This document shows, in pieces, positions 37,641 to 48,200 of a stretch of DNA of 64,000 nucleotides. The DNA comes from Bacteroidales bacterium (GTDB lineage: Bacteria > Bacteroidota > Bacteroidia > Bacteroidales > M50B96). Below the pieces are notes generated by a model, which saw nothing but the letters and a program-made list of their open reading frames with translations, searched no databases and was not told the origin of the DNA. Each line of letters starts with the position of its first letter. Within the stretch, counting starts at the first letter, position 1. Location: assembly GCA_018401015.1 (NCBI GenBank), contig JAGYLP010000001.1:78463-142462 (forward strand), written 5' to 3'. The translations under genes were made by a program, and so were the position numbers.

Positions 37641-38963
37641 CTATTGAATGACGATCATTTTTTGATCGCGGAAATGGGTCCCTTCCAGATTCAGAAAATA
37701 AAAACCCGACGGAAAGTCGCTCACCGGAATCGAGGTAGAATTTAGGTTTATTTCCTTCAGAATTCTTCCTTGTTGATCACTGAGCCAGATGCGCTTAATT
37801 TTTTGTAAGGGAAGCCCTTCCACGCGAACCTCCGATGCAGCCGGATTTGGATATACGCTCCACGATGGAATTAATTCTTCTACCTGATGGGTTAAGACAT
37901 CGGCAAAAATTTCAAATTCGAGTATCTCCGGCATCGAATAAGGATTTCGGTAGATAAAACTAACCACATGATTTCCATAATCGGAAGCACTCGGCGAGCC
38001 GCTTAACACGAGGCTGGTTGCATCGGCACTCCATTGAAGCCAGCCGGGTAACTCGACGGGTTCAAATTGAATGGCTAAGCCTTGTGGGTCGCTCCCCAAA
38101 ATGACCAACTCATAGTTTTGTGTTTCGTATGCCGTGTCCACTTGAAAAGGATCAATCACCGGTGCAGGGTAGGTGTCGGCAAAAATTAAATGAGCAAATT
38201 CCGGCTCATCGATAAAGGGATTCCGATTTTGCTGAATGGCATACACAGCGTTGTTGCGGTTAATTTCTTTGGCGCTCACCGGGTCGTTAACGTGCCATTC
38301 CATCAGCATATTTTTAGCCCAGGGTTCCAGGTCGGCTCCATCGACCATCCCATTCGTTTCCCACCCACTATCTTCGGTATAGTATCGTGTGGACATATAA
38401 AAATAGGTGCGGGCAAAATCTCCCTTATAGGCATCGATGGGCTCGAAAACCGTTCCGCTGTATCCCGGGTAATCGCAGGTGCCAACCTTACTCCCATTTT
38501 GCGAAGTCCAGGTGGCCGTTCCAACCTCTCCAAAAGGATAATTTGAGCGCCGACCATTTACGTACCCATCGGTGGGGTATAGGTGAAACAAATCGGAGGT
38601 CATGGGCGATTGGGAATTAAACCAGGATTGAGGCCAGGAATGTTCGCGGTTGTAGCAATCGCTCTCTTGACCGTAATTGCCACATTGGTCGCTGCCAAAA
38701 GTAAATTCATAGGGAGGGGTTCCGCCCGGAACATCGCTGTACATGTCCCATACTTTACCGTTTGCCTTCTTATCGGTTGTCTGAAAATGAGTCCATAGCG
38801 AGGTATAGCTTACCGAAGTATGATTGTCGATGATTTGATGGAGCGCCGCGCGTAGAGCAGTTCCTTCCAGATTCTCGGTTCCCTGATAATAACCCGATGG
38901 AATCTGAGCAAGAGATGAAAAAGCAAGGGTAAAAAAAACTAAAAAGGACAGCGGTTTCTTCAT
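37641..38963 (-). CDS. secreted endonuclease I family nuclease with T9SS type A C-terminal sorting domain
   Basis: A signal peptide is present. Endonuclease I motifs are YNREHSWPQSWF and SDLFHLYPTDGYVNGRRSNYPFG. The C-terminus SVYPNPAASEVRVEG...GFYFLNLEG...KMIVIQ is a Por secretion tail. Confidence 0.75.
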   Translation of the reverse strand: MKKPLSFLVFFTLAFSSLAQIPSGYYQGTENLEGTALRAALHQIIDNHTSVSYTSLWTHFQTTDKKANGKVWDMYSDVPGGTPPYEFTFGSDQCGNYGQESDCYNREHSWPQSWFNSQSPMTSDLFHLYPTDGYVNGRRSNYPFGEVGTATWTSQNGSKVGTCDYPGYSGTVFEPIDAYKGDFARTYFYMSTRYYTEDSGWETNGMVDGADLEPWAKNMLMEWHVNDPVSAKEINRNNAVYAIQQNRNPFIDEPEFAHLIFADTYPAPVIDPFQVDTAYETQNYELVILGSDPQGLAIQFEPVELPGWLQWSADATSLVLSGSPSASDYGNHVVSFIYRNPYSMPEILEFEIFADVLTHQVEELIPSWSVYPNPAASEVRVEGLPLQKIKRIWLSDQQGRILKEINLNSTSIPVSDFPSGFYFLNLEGTHFRDQKMIVIQ

Positions 38964-39371
38964 AAAAGTAAATAGACTTTAAATGGATTGATTCGGCCGT
39001 TGAAATTTGGAAACGGACAAAGGGCAAAACTAGGGAAAATTGAAGAGCACCGGAGGATAAAAAAAGAAGGAAAATATCGAAGATGCGGGACAACTTTTCG
39101 CCAACTGCCTTTGTCTGTGTTCATAAATTCACCCACTTCGTTCATAAGTTTCTTCGTGAGAAAAATTATTTCGCAAGGGTCTTTACAGCACGGAATATAT
39201 TTTTTATACTTGTGGGTTGAGAGTGTTTTGTTGTAAAATATTGATTCACAGCGACAAGGAAGGTTCTTGTTAATTACTGTTAATAAAAAATTGCCAAAGT
39301 TGGCCGCTTTTCGCTCCTGGTAGCTGCAGGAAAAGAAGCCTTAAGAATAGAAAACGAACGTAAATAATAGC

Positions 39372-42300
39372 ATGATGAGAAAATTTCAAGTTCTAATTTC
39401 ACTGCTTGTAATGAGTTTACTGCTGGGTTTAACTCAGGTTGCCAGTGGACAAGCAAGCGAATTGAATCCACCTCCGGGAACACCCTGGATTTGGTCCAAT
39501 TATGTCGATCAATCCATTCCCGACGACAAAGTGTACATCTTCTGTTCACCCGATCAGAATGGCGACTCGGTTTTGGGGCAACTTTCTGTTTTAGGGGGAA
39601 GTGCAACTTGTCAGTATGTTTGGGGTAAGTACGACCCGGATCCATTGAGTCCAACTTTTCAGCAGTTTGTGCCGTTTGGCGGTCCTTGGGCTGTTGGAGC
39701 ATCGTCGAATGCAACCGATCTGGAATCGGGCTTTTATCAAGTTATCATAACCTGTAACCCGGGATCTCCCAATCAACAAACCTATTGTCGTCGTGCTCAT
39801 GTATTCGTGAACGAAACCATCGTCGATTTCGACGAAATCAGTGCTGGTTGTAATCCGTTCACCATTACCAACGCTGCCATTGGGGCTGTGAGCGATTTCG
39901 TGGTGTACGATCCGCCGGCAACTCCATTCGAGGTAAATGCTAATACAGATATTACAGTTTGTTTTTGGATAAATCATAGTTATGTATCCGACTTGGGCTT
40001 TTACCTGATTTCACCTTCCGGTGCAAGAGTCGATTTACTCCCTCCGGTTTCTGCTTGGGATAATCCAGGTGTAACCGATTTGAACCCCGCTGTTTTACCA
40101 GCTCCTTGCGCCACTACCTCGCTTAATACTTCTTGTAATAGTGGTAATCACTACAATAACTTCTGTTTTACTTCGGCTTTACCCGCAGGCGATCCGAACT
40201 TTACCGCTTGTATTTGTGGCATGCCCACTCCAATTACCGGAACGTTTGCTTCGGCCGATAGCTGGGCTCCTATTTATGGCGATGCAGCCGACGATGGTGG
40301 TTGGGCGGTTCAGATTTTCGACTGTTTCCCTGCCGACGTAGGATCCTTGCAACGGGTAACCATCACCTTCGAAGGAGAAGGTCAGTGCGGAGAAACACAA
40401 TACGTGTACGATTCCGGGCCAATCAACGAAACCATTAACGATGCTTCCTGCGACGAAACCACCGCGGCTACTTACATTGTGCCTCTTAAAGAAACTTCTT
40501 CGCATGTAATCGAAAACGATATTACTGCTCAGTGGCAATCGGCTCCAACTCCCTGGAATCCTGCCTGGGGTCCGCAAAACTTTGTCGATAACCCTAGTCC
40601 TGTTATCGATCCACCGCCAACTTCCTCTACTACATTCTCGCTGGTTATCAATGATATGTTGTATGATACCCTGGGTAACGTGATTTTGCCAAACGCAAAC
40701 TACACTCCTTGCTCTCCTGCTGCTACCAGTACCTTTATTACTAACCCAACCGATGCTTCGGTAAATATCAGTTTCTTCGAAATTTGCGATAATAGTAACG
40801 GTGTACAGCTTACTGCTGTTAACCCGAACGGAAACTGGTCGGCCGACTGCGGAAGTTGTATCACTCCCGGTGGTTATTTCTTCCCTTCACTTGCCTTACT
40901 GGGTCCAAACGAAATTACGCATAGCTTTGGAGGCGTTTGCCCTTCCGATACTACCTTTGTTATCAACGTAGTAGATGCTCCTGAGGTGGTCTCAGCTATC
41001 GATACGATTTGTAATTCAACCAATACCCAATTCCAGGTGTATATCACCCTCATTGGTGGTAATCCCGGTAGTTATACCATTACCGATTGTACGACAGGTT
41101 TACCCATTGCCGGTTCTTGGACGGGTAACGTTTGGCAGTCGCCCTGGATAAATTCTCCTTCAACTTATTGCTTCGAGGTGACCGATAACTTTAATTGTGA
41201 ACCTGTTCTTGTCGAAGGATTTGGAAATTGTGGTTGCGAATCGGAAGCTGCCAGTATGCCAACCGGACTGCAGGAATTGTGTGCTTATGAAGCTGCCGAA
41301 AGTATTCACTTGAATAACTATTCGCTCGATGGTAACGATTCTTGGATGTATGTGCTACATACCGGCCAGTTTGGATTTTTAGGTAACGTGATTTCTTCCA
41401 ATCTAACCGGGACCTTCTATTTCCAGTCAGCTACCATGAACTACAACCAAGTGTATTACATTTCGCACGTAGTAGGTAACACAACCTCCGATCCCAATAT
41501 CCCGGTAGATTTGAACGACCCTTGTTTGAGCGTTTCTCCCGGTACTCCGGTTCGTTGGTTCGAAAATCCTGTTCCCGATGCAGGGCTCAATGCTGCTACT
41601 TGTGGCAAAACCATTCAACTAGAGGCAGCGCAGCCAACTGTTGGCCAAGGTGCTTGGTCCTCGCTCGATCAATCGGGTGTAATCTACAACCCCGGTTTCA
41701 CTTTCGCGAGTACCTCGGTTACCATCCCGAACTTTGATACCAACTCGGTTGGTTGCGATTTGAATTCAATCCGTTCCTTCCGTTGGACTGTTACCAATGG
41801 ACCTTGCGTAGAATCCGATCAGGTAACCATGACCTTCAAACCAAAGCCTAGCGCCTTTGCTGGTCAAAACTTTTCGGTTTGCGGATTATCCACCTCGATG
41901 GATGCAGAATATAGTTTGTGTGGACCAGCAGGAATCAGCAACGGTTTTTGGTCGGGTAGTGGATCCTTTGGTAATCCATTGAACCCTAACTCGAACGTGA
42001 ATGTGTTCCAACCCGGTTGTTACGATTTTATTTGGACCGAGTTCAATCAGGAATGTTCTTCTTCCTCCTATGTGAATGTGTGTTTTATCGAAGAGCCTGC
42101 TGTAGATGCTAATTACAGTGATTCCATTTGTGGTCTTAATTACTCCCTTAACGCTATTTCTACGATGGGTACCGGAGTTTGGACTGGACCACCGAATACC
42201 AGTTTCTCTGCGGCAACCAGTCCTCAAACGGAGGTTCAAATTTCCATGCCTCCCGGCGCATCCGAATTCCCGGCAGTGTTTACCTGGAGCGAGCAAAATA

Positions 42301-45176
42301 CAGGCCCCAACAACCTTATTTGCTATGGCGAAGACAGTGTTACTATTACGTTCAGCCTCACTCCAAATTCCAGCGCCGGCTTAGACGACGAGGTTTGTGG
42401 AAACACTTACTTTCTGAATGCCGATGTATTAGGCTTTGAATATGCTGTTGGAACCTGGAAATCCGATTTCGTCGGAGCTAGTTTCTCCAATATTTTCTTC
42501 GCCGGTTCACAAGTTACGGTTCCTAACACCGGCGTAATGCCCGGTCAACCCACTGCCGGAACAACCTTTGGCGATTCGTCCTGGGTTTCGATTCCATTTA
42601 CCTGGGTAATGGACAATAATAAATGTATCGATGAGGATGAAGTACAGATTACCTTCTATCAAATTCCGGAAGCCTTTGCCGGTCCGGATACATCGGTTTG
42701 TGGAAAATCCTACAACATGAAGGGGAAATATTCCATTGGAGCCTCGAAAGGTGAGTGGACCATGATTTCCGGTCCCAGCCCGCTCGAACCACAATGGTCG
42801 GATAAATTTAGTCCTACTTCAACCGTAACCGTTCCATCGCACGGAGAATATGTGTTCCAGTGGAAAGAGGACAATTTACACAACTCTACTTGCTCTACTA
42901 ACGATCAGGTAACGGTTTTCTTCATTGAAATTCCCGATGTGAATGCAGGTGCCGATCGTTACATTTGCGGTAATACCTTCGAACTGGAAGCAAATCCAAG
43001 TACCGGTAACGGTGTTTGGTTACCGAATAATGCCTTTGTTGCCGATCCGTCCAACCCGAATTCGGAGACACAGTTTGGTTTGTCCGGAAACAATGTGCCT
43101 GTGGTGTATATCTGGCAGGAGTTTAATGAGTACGGAGGTATTCAATGTGTCGATTACGACTCCGTTACCATTACGTATATGATTCAACCCAATGCGATTG
43201 CCTTGCACGATACCGTTAGCGGGCTCGATCACGTTTGTGGATTAGTCGAAACCAATATCGAAAATATTGTGGTTGCTCAAACTCCCGGTATTAGCGGATC
43301 CAATGTGAATGCTTATTGGGTAGCTAATAATGCTGAATTCTATTTCGGGGGTGTGGTTAATCCATTCGCCCGGAACCCGGATAGTGTTCGTGTATTCTCC
43401 TATGGGGTGCACGAGTTTAACTGGGTAATTGAAAACTGGCAAGGCGATTCCGTTTGTACCGATACCTCCGATATTACGATTGTAATTGACTTTATTGAAC
43501 AACCGGTGGCCAATCCTGGCTTACCAGCCGATACAGCCTGTGGATATTATTACAATTTAGGATCTGAATTTAGTACCACTACCGGGGCAGAACGCTATGG
43601 TCGTTGGGTAACCACTTCTCCTAATCAAATCGAATTTGTTCACCTTATTGCCAATGTAGATACCGTTCCTATCGACCAAAACGATCCAATTTACGAAGAT
43701 TCACTTCAGTGGGTGCATGTTCACCTGGACGATAATATCAACCTGAACCCACCACCTGTGTATATCTTCACCTGGATTGAATACAACTATGGTGAGCTGG
43801 GCGATTTCTGTAACGATCAGGCTTCTACCGAAATAACCTTCGCCCCGCAACCAACGGGTAAGGCACTCATCCTGCACGACCCACATTGTATTGGTTACGA
43901 AGCTAAGTTAAAAGCAGCCGAAGACATTTCGACCATTATCGATTGGGATTGGTCTAATTTGGCCGGAGGAGAAATCGTTCGAGTTGAAGGTGCCGGTACG
44001 CTTCAAGAACCTGGCGAAGGTCCGGTTTGGGTTCAGTGGGCCAATGCGGTTGCAGGTGAATCGCACTTGGTTCGATTAGTTACCGAAAACGAATGGCGTT
44101 GTAAATCGCCTGCTAAAGCCGATACCGTATTCGAACCCGACCATGTACCGGTCGATTGGGATATTAAACCAGCCTATTGTGGCGAAATGGATGGAGAAAT
44201 ATCGCTCGATCCTATCCTTTCTCAACAAATTAATACCTATGGTTGGGTTCCCGATACCCTCACTGCAAGTGTTTGGGACGACCCAACCCGCGATAACCAG
44301 GTTGGACTCCAAACCGGCGATTACATGTTCTGGGCACGTACCCGCTCCGGAGTATTGCCGAATCCACCACCTCCTCATATCGACGATCCAAGTCCGGCAG
44401 TAGTTTATTGCCGCGATACCTTTGTGGTACACGTTGGCGATACAGGTTACATTGCTGCCATGTATCAGCTTAGCTCCATGTTCGACACGACCGGCGTTTC
44501 TCCTCACGAAATTACCATCAATAACCTGAGCTACATGGTCGATAGTAATTATGTGTCGCCCGACTTCATCAATGCCGTTGATGCTATGCAAGAAGCTGCT
44601 CCGATAGAATCGCCCGATGCCGACTACTTCTGGAGATTCTACCATATTTCGCCCGACTCTGTATTCGACTGGTACGCACCCATCGAGATTTATCCCTGGG
44701 AGCTACCCGAAGTGTTCGATCGCGACGATATTATCGAAGAAGCAAGTCCGCTTATGACTTTTGAAAAGGCCGGTTTCTACAAATGGGAAATGATTGCACT
44801 TTCCGAGTTTGGCTGCCGCGATACCATTGTAGGTGGTTACATTAAAGTAGAAGGTGTGCCGATGTTGACTCCTGGTGTGAATATCATGACACCGAACGGT
44901 GATGGAATTAACGACTTCCTCGAATTCGAAGCGCAAAGCTTACGAAGCATGGAAGGACGCATCCTCAACCGTTGGGGAGAAGAAATCTACTCTTGGACCT
45001 GGAACGAAACCGATCAGGTTCCCGATCCAGGCTGGTGGGATGGAAAATACAGCACCGGAAACGATGCTCCTCCCGGTGTGTACTACTACATCATTAAAGC
45101 AGTAGGTCAGAAAGACCAAGACTTTAGCGGTAAAGAGTACTCCGGATTCTTCCACCTGATTCGCGAAAAAGAATAA
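39372..45176 (+). CDS. giant (1934 aa) Cys-rich cell-surface protein with a proprotein-convertase P-domain-like module, tandem Ig-like modules and a T9SS type B (gliding motility-associated) C-terminal domain
   Basis: Signal peptide MMRKFQVLISLLVMSLLLGLTQVASGQA. P-domain signature VCFWINHSYVSDLGFYLISPSGARVDLL ... GGWAVQIFDCFPADVGSLQRVTITFEG at aa 196-335. C-terminal domain IMTPNGDGINDFLEF...ILNRWGEEIY...WWDGKY...PPGVYYYIIKA...GFFHLIRE at aa 1838-1934. Confidence 0.85.
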   Translation: MMRKFQVLISLLVMSLLLGLTQVASGQASELNPPPGTPWIWSNYVDQSIPDDKVYIFCSPDQNGDSVLGQLSVLGGSATCQYVWGKYDPDPLSPTFQQFVPFGGPWAVGASSNATDLESGFYQVIITCNPGSPNQQTYCRRAHVFVNETIVDFDEISAGCNPFTITNAAIGAVSDFVVYDPPATPFEVNANTDITVCFWINHSYVSDLGFYLISPSGARVDLLPPVSAWDNPGVTDLNPAVLPAPCATTSLNTSCNSGNHYNNFCFTSALPAGDPNFTACICGMPTPITGTFASADSWAPIYGDAADDGGWAVQIFDCFPADVGSLQRVTITFEGEGQCGETQYVYDSGPINETINDASCDETTAATYIVPLKETSSHVIENDITAQWQSAPTPWNPAWGPQNFVDNPSPVIDPPPTSSTTFSLVINDMLYDTLGNVILPNANYTPCSPAATSTFITNPTDASVNISFFEICDNSNGVQLTAVNPNGNWSADCGSCITPGGYFFPSLALLGPNEITHSFGGVCPSDTTFVINVVDAPEVVSAIDTICNSTNTQFQVYITLIGGNPGSYTITDCTTGLPIAGSWTGNVWQSPWINSPSTYCFEVTDNFNCEPVLVEGFGNCGCESEAASMPTGLQELCAYEAAESIHLNNYSLDGNDSWMYVLHTGQFGFLGNVISSNLTGTFYFQSATMNYNQVYYISHVVGNTTSDPNIPVDLNDPCLSVSPGTPVRWFENPVPDAGLNAATCGKTIQLEAAQPTVGQGAWSSLDQSGVIYNPGFTFASTSVTIPNFDTNSVGCDLNSIRSFRWTVTNGPCVESDQVTMTFKPKPSAFAGQNFSVCGLSTSMDAEYSLCGPAGISNGFWSGSGSFGNPLNPNSNVNVFQPGCYDFIWTEFNQECSSSSYVNVCFIEEPAVDANYSDSICGLNYSLNAISTMGTGVWTGPPNTSFSAATSPQTEVQISMPPGASEFPAVFTWSEQNTGPNNLICYGEDSVTITFSLTPNSSAGLDDEVCGNTYFLNADVLGFEYAVGTWKSDFVGASFSNIFFAGSQVTVPNTGVMPGQPTAGTTFGDSSWVSIPFTWVMDNNKCIDEDEVQITFYQIPEAFAGPDTSVCGKSYNMKGKYSIGASKGEWTMISGPSPLEPQWSDKFSPTSTVTVPSHGEYVFQWKEDNLHNSTCSTNDQVTVFFIEIPDVNAGADRYICGNTFELEANPSTGNGVWLPNNAFVADPSNPNSETQFGLSGNNVPVVYIWQEFNEYGGIQCVDYDSVTITYMIQPNAIALHDTVSGLDHVCGLVETNIENIVVAQTPGISGSNVNAYWVANNAEFYFGGVVNPFARNPDSVRVFSYGVHEFNWVIENWQGDSVCTDTSDITIVIDFIEQPVANPGLPADTACGYYYNLGSEFSTTTGAERYGRWVTTSPNQIEFVHLIANVDTVPIDQNDPIYEDSLQWVHVHLDDNINLNPPPVYIFTWIEYNYGELGDFCNDQASTEITFAPQPTGKALILHDPHCIGYEAKLKAAEDISTIIDWDWSNLAGGEIVRVEGAGTLQEPGEGPVWVQWANAVAGESHLVRLVTENEWRCKSPAKADTVFEPDHVPVDWDIKPAYCGEMDGEISLDPILSQQINTYGWVPDTLTASVWDDPTRDNQVGLQTGDYMFWARTRSGVLPNPPPPHIDDPSPAVVYCRDTFVVHVGDTGYIAAMYQLSSMFDTTGVSPHEITINNLSYMVDSNYVSPDFINAVDAMQEAAPIESPDADYFWRFYHISPDSVFDWYAPIEIYPWELPEVFDRDDIIEEASPLMTFEKAGFYKWEMIALSEFGCRDTIVGGYIKVEGVPMLTPGVNIMTPNGDGINDFLEFEAQSLRSMEGRILNRWGEEIYSWTWNETDQVPDPGWWDGKYSTGNDAPPGVYYYIIKAVGQKDQDFSGKEYSGFFHLIREKE
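41568..43853 (+). repeat. eight tandem, divergent 83-116-aa protein modules inside the giant gene
   Basis: Each module starts with P-x-(A/V)-x-AG-x-(D/N)-x(2-3)-(V/I/T)CG (PDAGLNAATCG, SAFAGQNFSVCG, AVDANYSDSICG, SSAGLDDEVCG, EAFAGPDTSVCG, DVNAGADRYICG, LHDTVSGLDHVCG, NPGLPADTACG). Each module contains G-x-W and ends in (V/I)T(M/I/V)(T/V)F-x-x-x-P. Confidence 0.6.
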
Positions 45177-45195
45177 AAGTTTTTAATCAGCGTTT

Positions 45196-45233
45196 AAAAG
45201 GCTGCCTCCCTTGTTAAGAGGCAGCCTTTTTTC
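45196..45233 (+). terminator. rho-independent terminator after the giant gene
   Basis: The stem pairs aaaaggctgcctc with gaggcagcctttt (11-13 bp) and is followed by a T run. Confidence 0.75.
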
Positions 45234-45285
45234 TTGAATTTTGGTACTTTCGTGCCACCCATGATTTTTACTAATTCCATTTAAA

Positions 45286-48200
45286 ATGAAGCAATTCAAG
45301 TTATTGAACAACGTGTTCGGATGGTTGAGTTTCCTAATTGCCACCACCGTTTACATCATGACCCTGGAGCCAACTACCAGTTTTTGGGACTGTGGCGAGT
45401 TTATTACCACTGCTTATAAAATCCAAGTTGGGCATCCTCCGGGAGCCCCCTTCTTTATGATCTTGGCACGCTTCTTTAGCATTTTTGCCTCGGGTCCCGA
45501 CCAAGTCGCTTACATGATTAACCTGATGTCGGCATTGGCCAGTTCTTTTACCATTCTCCTGCTCTTCTGGACCATCACTCACTTTGCACGCAAAATGGTT
45601 GCACCCAACGGCGAGTTTACAACCGGTAAATACATTGCTATTCTTGGTTCCGGTCTCGTGGGGGCATTGGCCTATACCTTCTCCGATACCTTCTGGTTCT
45701 CGGCAGTGGAAGCCGAAGTATATGCCAGCTCGTCGCTTTTTACTGCGCTTGTTTTTTGGGCAATCCTAAAATGGGAAGATTCCGACGATCGCGTTCATGC
45801 CAACCGTTGGCTCATTTTAATTGCCTATCTAATGGGGCTGTCAATAGGGGTTCACCTGCTGAACTTGCTGGCTATTCCTGCCATTGTATTTGTCTATTAC
45901 TTTAAAAAGTATCCTGTAAGCAAAAAGGGACTTGTTTATGCTTCATTGATTTCAGTTATTATCCTGGGAGCGATAATGTATGGAATCATTCCTTACCTGG
46001 TCGTCTTTTCTTCGTGGTTCGAACTGCTATTTGTTAACGGATTCGGATTACCGTTCAATTCCGGAAATATCTTCTATATCGTCCTTTTGCTTTCTGCCAT
46101 TGTTTATGGTCTTTATTACACCCATAAAAATGGTAAGGTCCTCGCCAATACCATCGTTTTAGCAACAACCGTTATCATTATTGGTTACAGCTCCTTTGCC
46201 ATGATCGTGATTCGGTCCTATGCTAATCCGCCAATGGATCAGAATAGCCCGGAAACAGTATTTAAGCTACTCTCCTATCTGAATCGAGAACAGTATGGCG
46301 ACCGGCCGTTGTTCTATGGACAAAGTTTTAATTCACCCCTCGATAATGCAGAACCCTCCTACGATGGCGACCCCATTTATATTAAACAAGGCGATAAGTA
46401 TGTAGTGTCCGATTACAAAGAAGTGTATAACTACGACGATCGTTTTAAAACCTTGTTCCCCCGTATGTGGAGCCCGTCGGGTAACCACGTTTCAGCGTAT
46501 AAAAAATGGAGTGGCTTTAAAGGGCGCCCAGTTCAGATTACCAATCGTTCCGGAGAACAGGAAACGATTTACAAACCTACCTTTGGCGAGAACCTCCGAT
46601 ACTTGTTCAACTACCAGCTCAATTGGATGTATTGGCGCTATTTTATGTGGAATTTTTCCGGTCGCCAAAACGATATTCAAGGGCACGACGGTGCGCCAGG
46701 ACGTGGTGAAGTAACCAAAGGGAACTGGATCTCCGGCATTTCCTTCATCGATGACGCCCGACTTGGTCCTCAAGATCAATTGCCTTCGGCTTTAAAAGAG
46801 AATAAAGGACGAAACAAGTATTATATGCTTCCCTTCCTCCTCGGACTGTTGGGTATGTATGTATTATACCGCCGGGGTAACAAAGATTTCTGGGTTACCT
46901 TCTTGCTCTTTATTTTTACCGGGGTGGCTATCGTGTTCTACCTGAATCAGCATCCCTATCAGCCTCGTGAACGCGATTACGCCTACGCAGGTTCCTTTTA
47001 TGCCTATGCCATCTTTATTGGAATTGGAGTGCTGGGCATAATCCGCTTGCTCCAAAAGGCTATGCCTCATACCGCCTCTGCTGCATTGGCAACAGGAATT
47101 AGCTTACTGGCTGTTCCGGTGCTCATGGCCAGCGAGAATTGGGACGACCACGATCGTTCCAACCGCTACACAGCCAGAGACTTTGCTATCAATTACCTGG
47201 AATCGTGTGCTCCGAATGCTATCATTTTTACCAATGGCGATAACGATACCTTCCCCCTCTGGTATGCGCAGGAGGTGGAAGGTGTGCGTCCCGATATTCG
47301 GGTTTGTAACCTAAGCTATCTTTCTACGGATTGGTATATCGATCAAATGAAACGGAAAGCTTACGACTCCGACCCGGTCCCATTCAGCCTCACACACGAT
47401 CAATACGTGCAGGGAACCCGCGATTATATTCCGGTTTTTGCCCAGGTAAAGGACTATCGGAACATCAAACAAATCATCGATTTTGTAGCTTCCGATAATC
47501 CTGCTTCGAAATTCAACGCCGGTGGAAATCAATCCATCGACTATCTGCCTTCGAAGAAACTTTCTTTACCCATCGATTCGGCAAAAATTATGGAAAAAGG
47601 TGTCGTCCCTCCGAAATATGCTTCCGAAATGACAAGCGAAATTCGAATTGATCTCGACAAAAGTTATATCCTCAAAAATGAGCTCATGGTGCTCGACCTA
47701 ATTGCAAATTTCGATTGGGAACGCCCGGTTTATTTTGCCATTACCGTTGGTCGCGAAAGCTATGTGAATCTCGAAGAGTATTTCATGCTGGAAGGCTTGG
47801 CCTATCGGTTTGCTCCCATTAGAACACCGGTGCAGGGAGGTCAAATGGGGAAAATCAATACCGAAGCAATGTACGAGAATATGATGCATAAATTTGTTTG
47901 GGGGAACATGAATCATCCGGATGTGTATCTCGATGAGAATAATCAGCGAATGCTGATGAACTTCCGAAGTAATTTTGGTCGTTTGGGGTTGGAGCTTTTA
48001 GCCGAAGGGGAAAGAGAAAAAGCCATTGAGGTTGCCGACAAAGCCATTGAATTAATGCCGGACGAAATTGTACCTTTTAATTACTTCAATGTATCCATTG
48101 CCGAAATTTTTTATCGTACGGATTTGGACGATAAGGGCAATGCTATCATTCAGCGGATTTATGAGCGCATGGACGAAGAACTGAATTTTTATGCTCAATT

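Noticed and set aside
39280-39714. A 144-aa minus-strand ORF spanning the start of the giant gene.
   Set aside because: It overlaps the signal-peptide-encoding 5' end of the giant gene and has a Pro/Arg/Thr-rich low-complexity composition, so it is likely spurious.
39591-44645. Several sizeable minus-strand ORFs lie inside the giant gene (128, 132, 136, 95, 86 and 189 aa, for example 44076-44645).
   Set aside because: All are fully contained in the antisense of a well-supported 1934-aa coding frame. They have no motifs and odd composition, which is typical of shadow ORFs.
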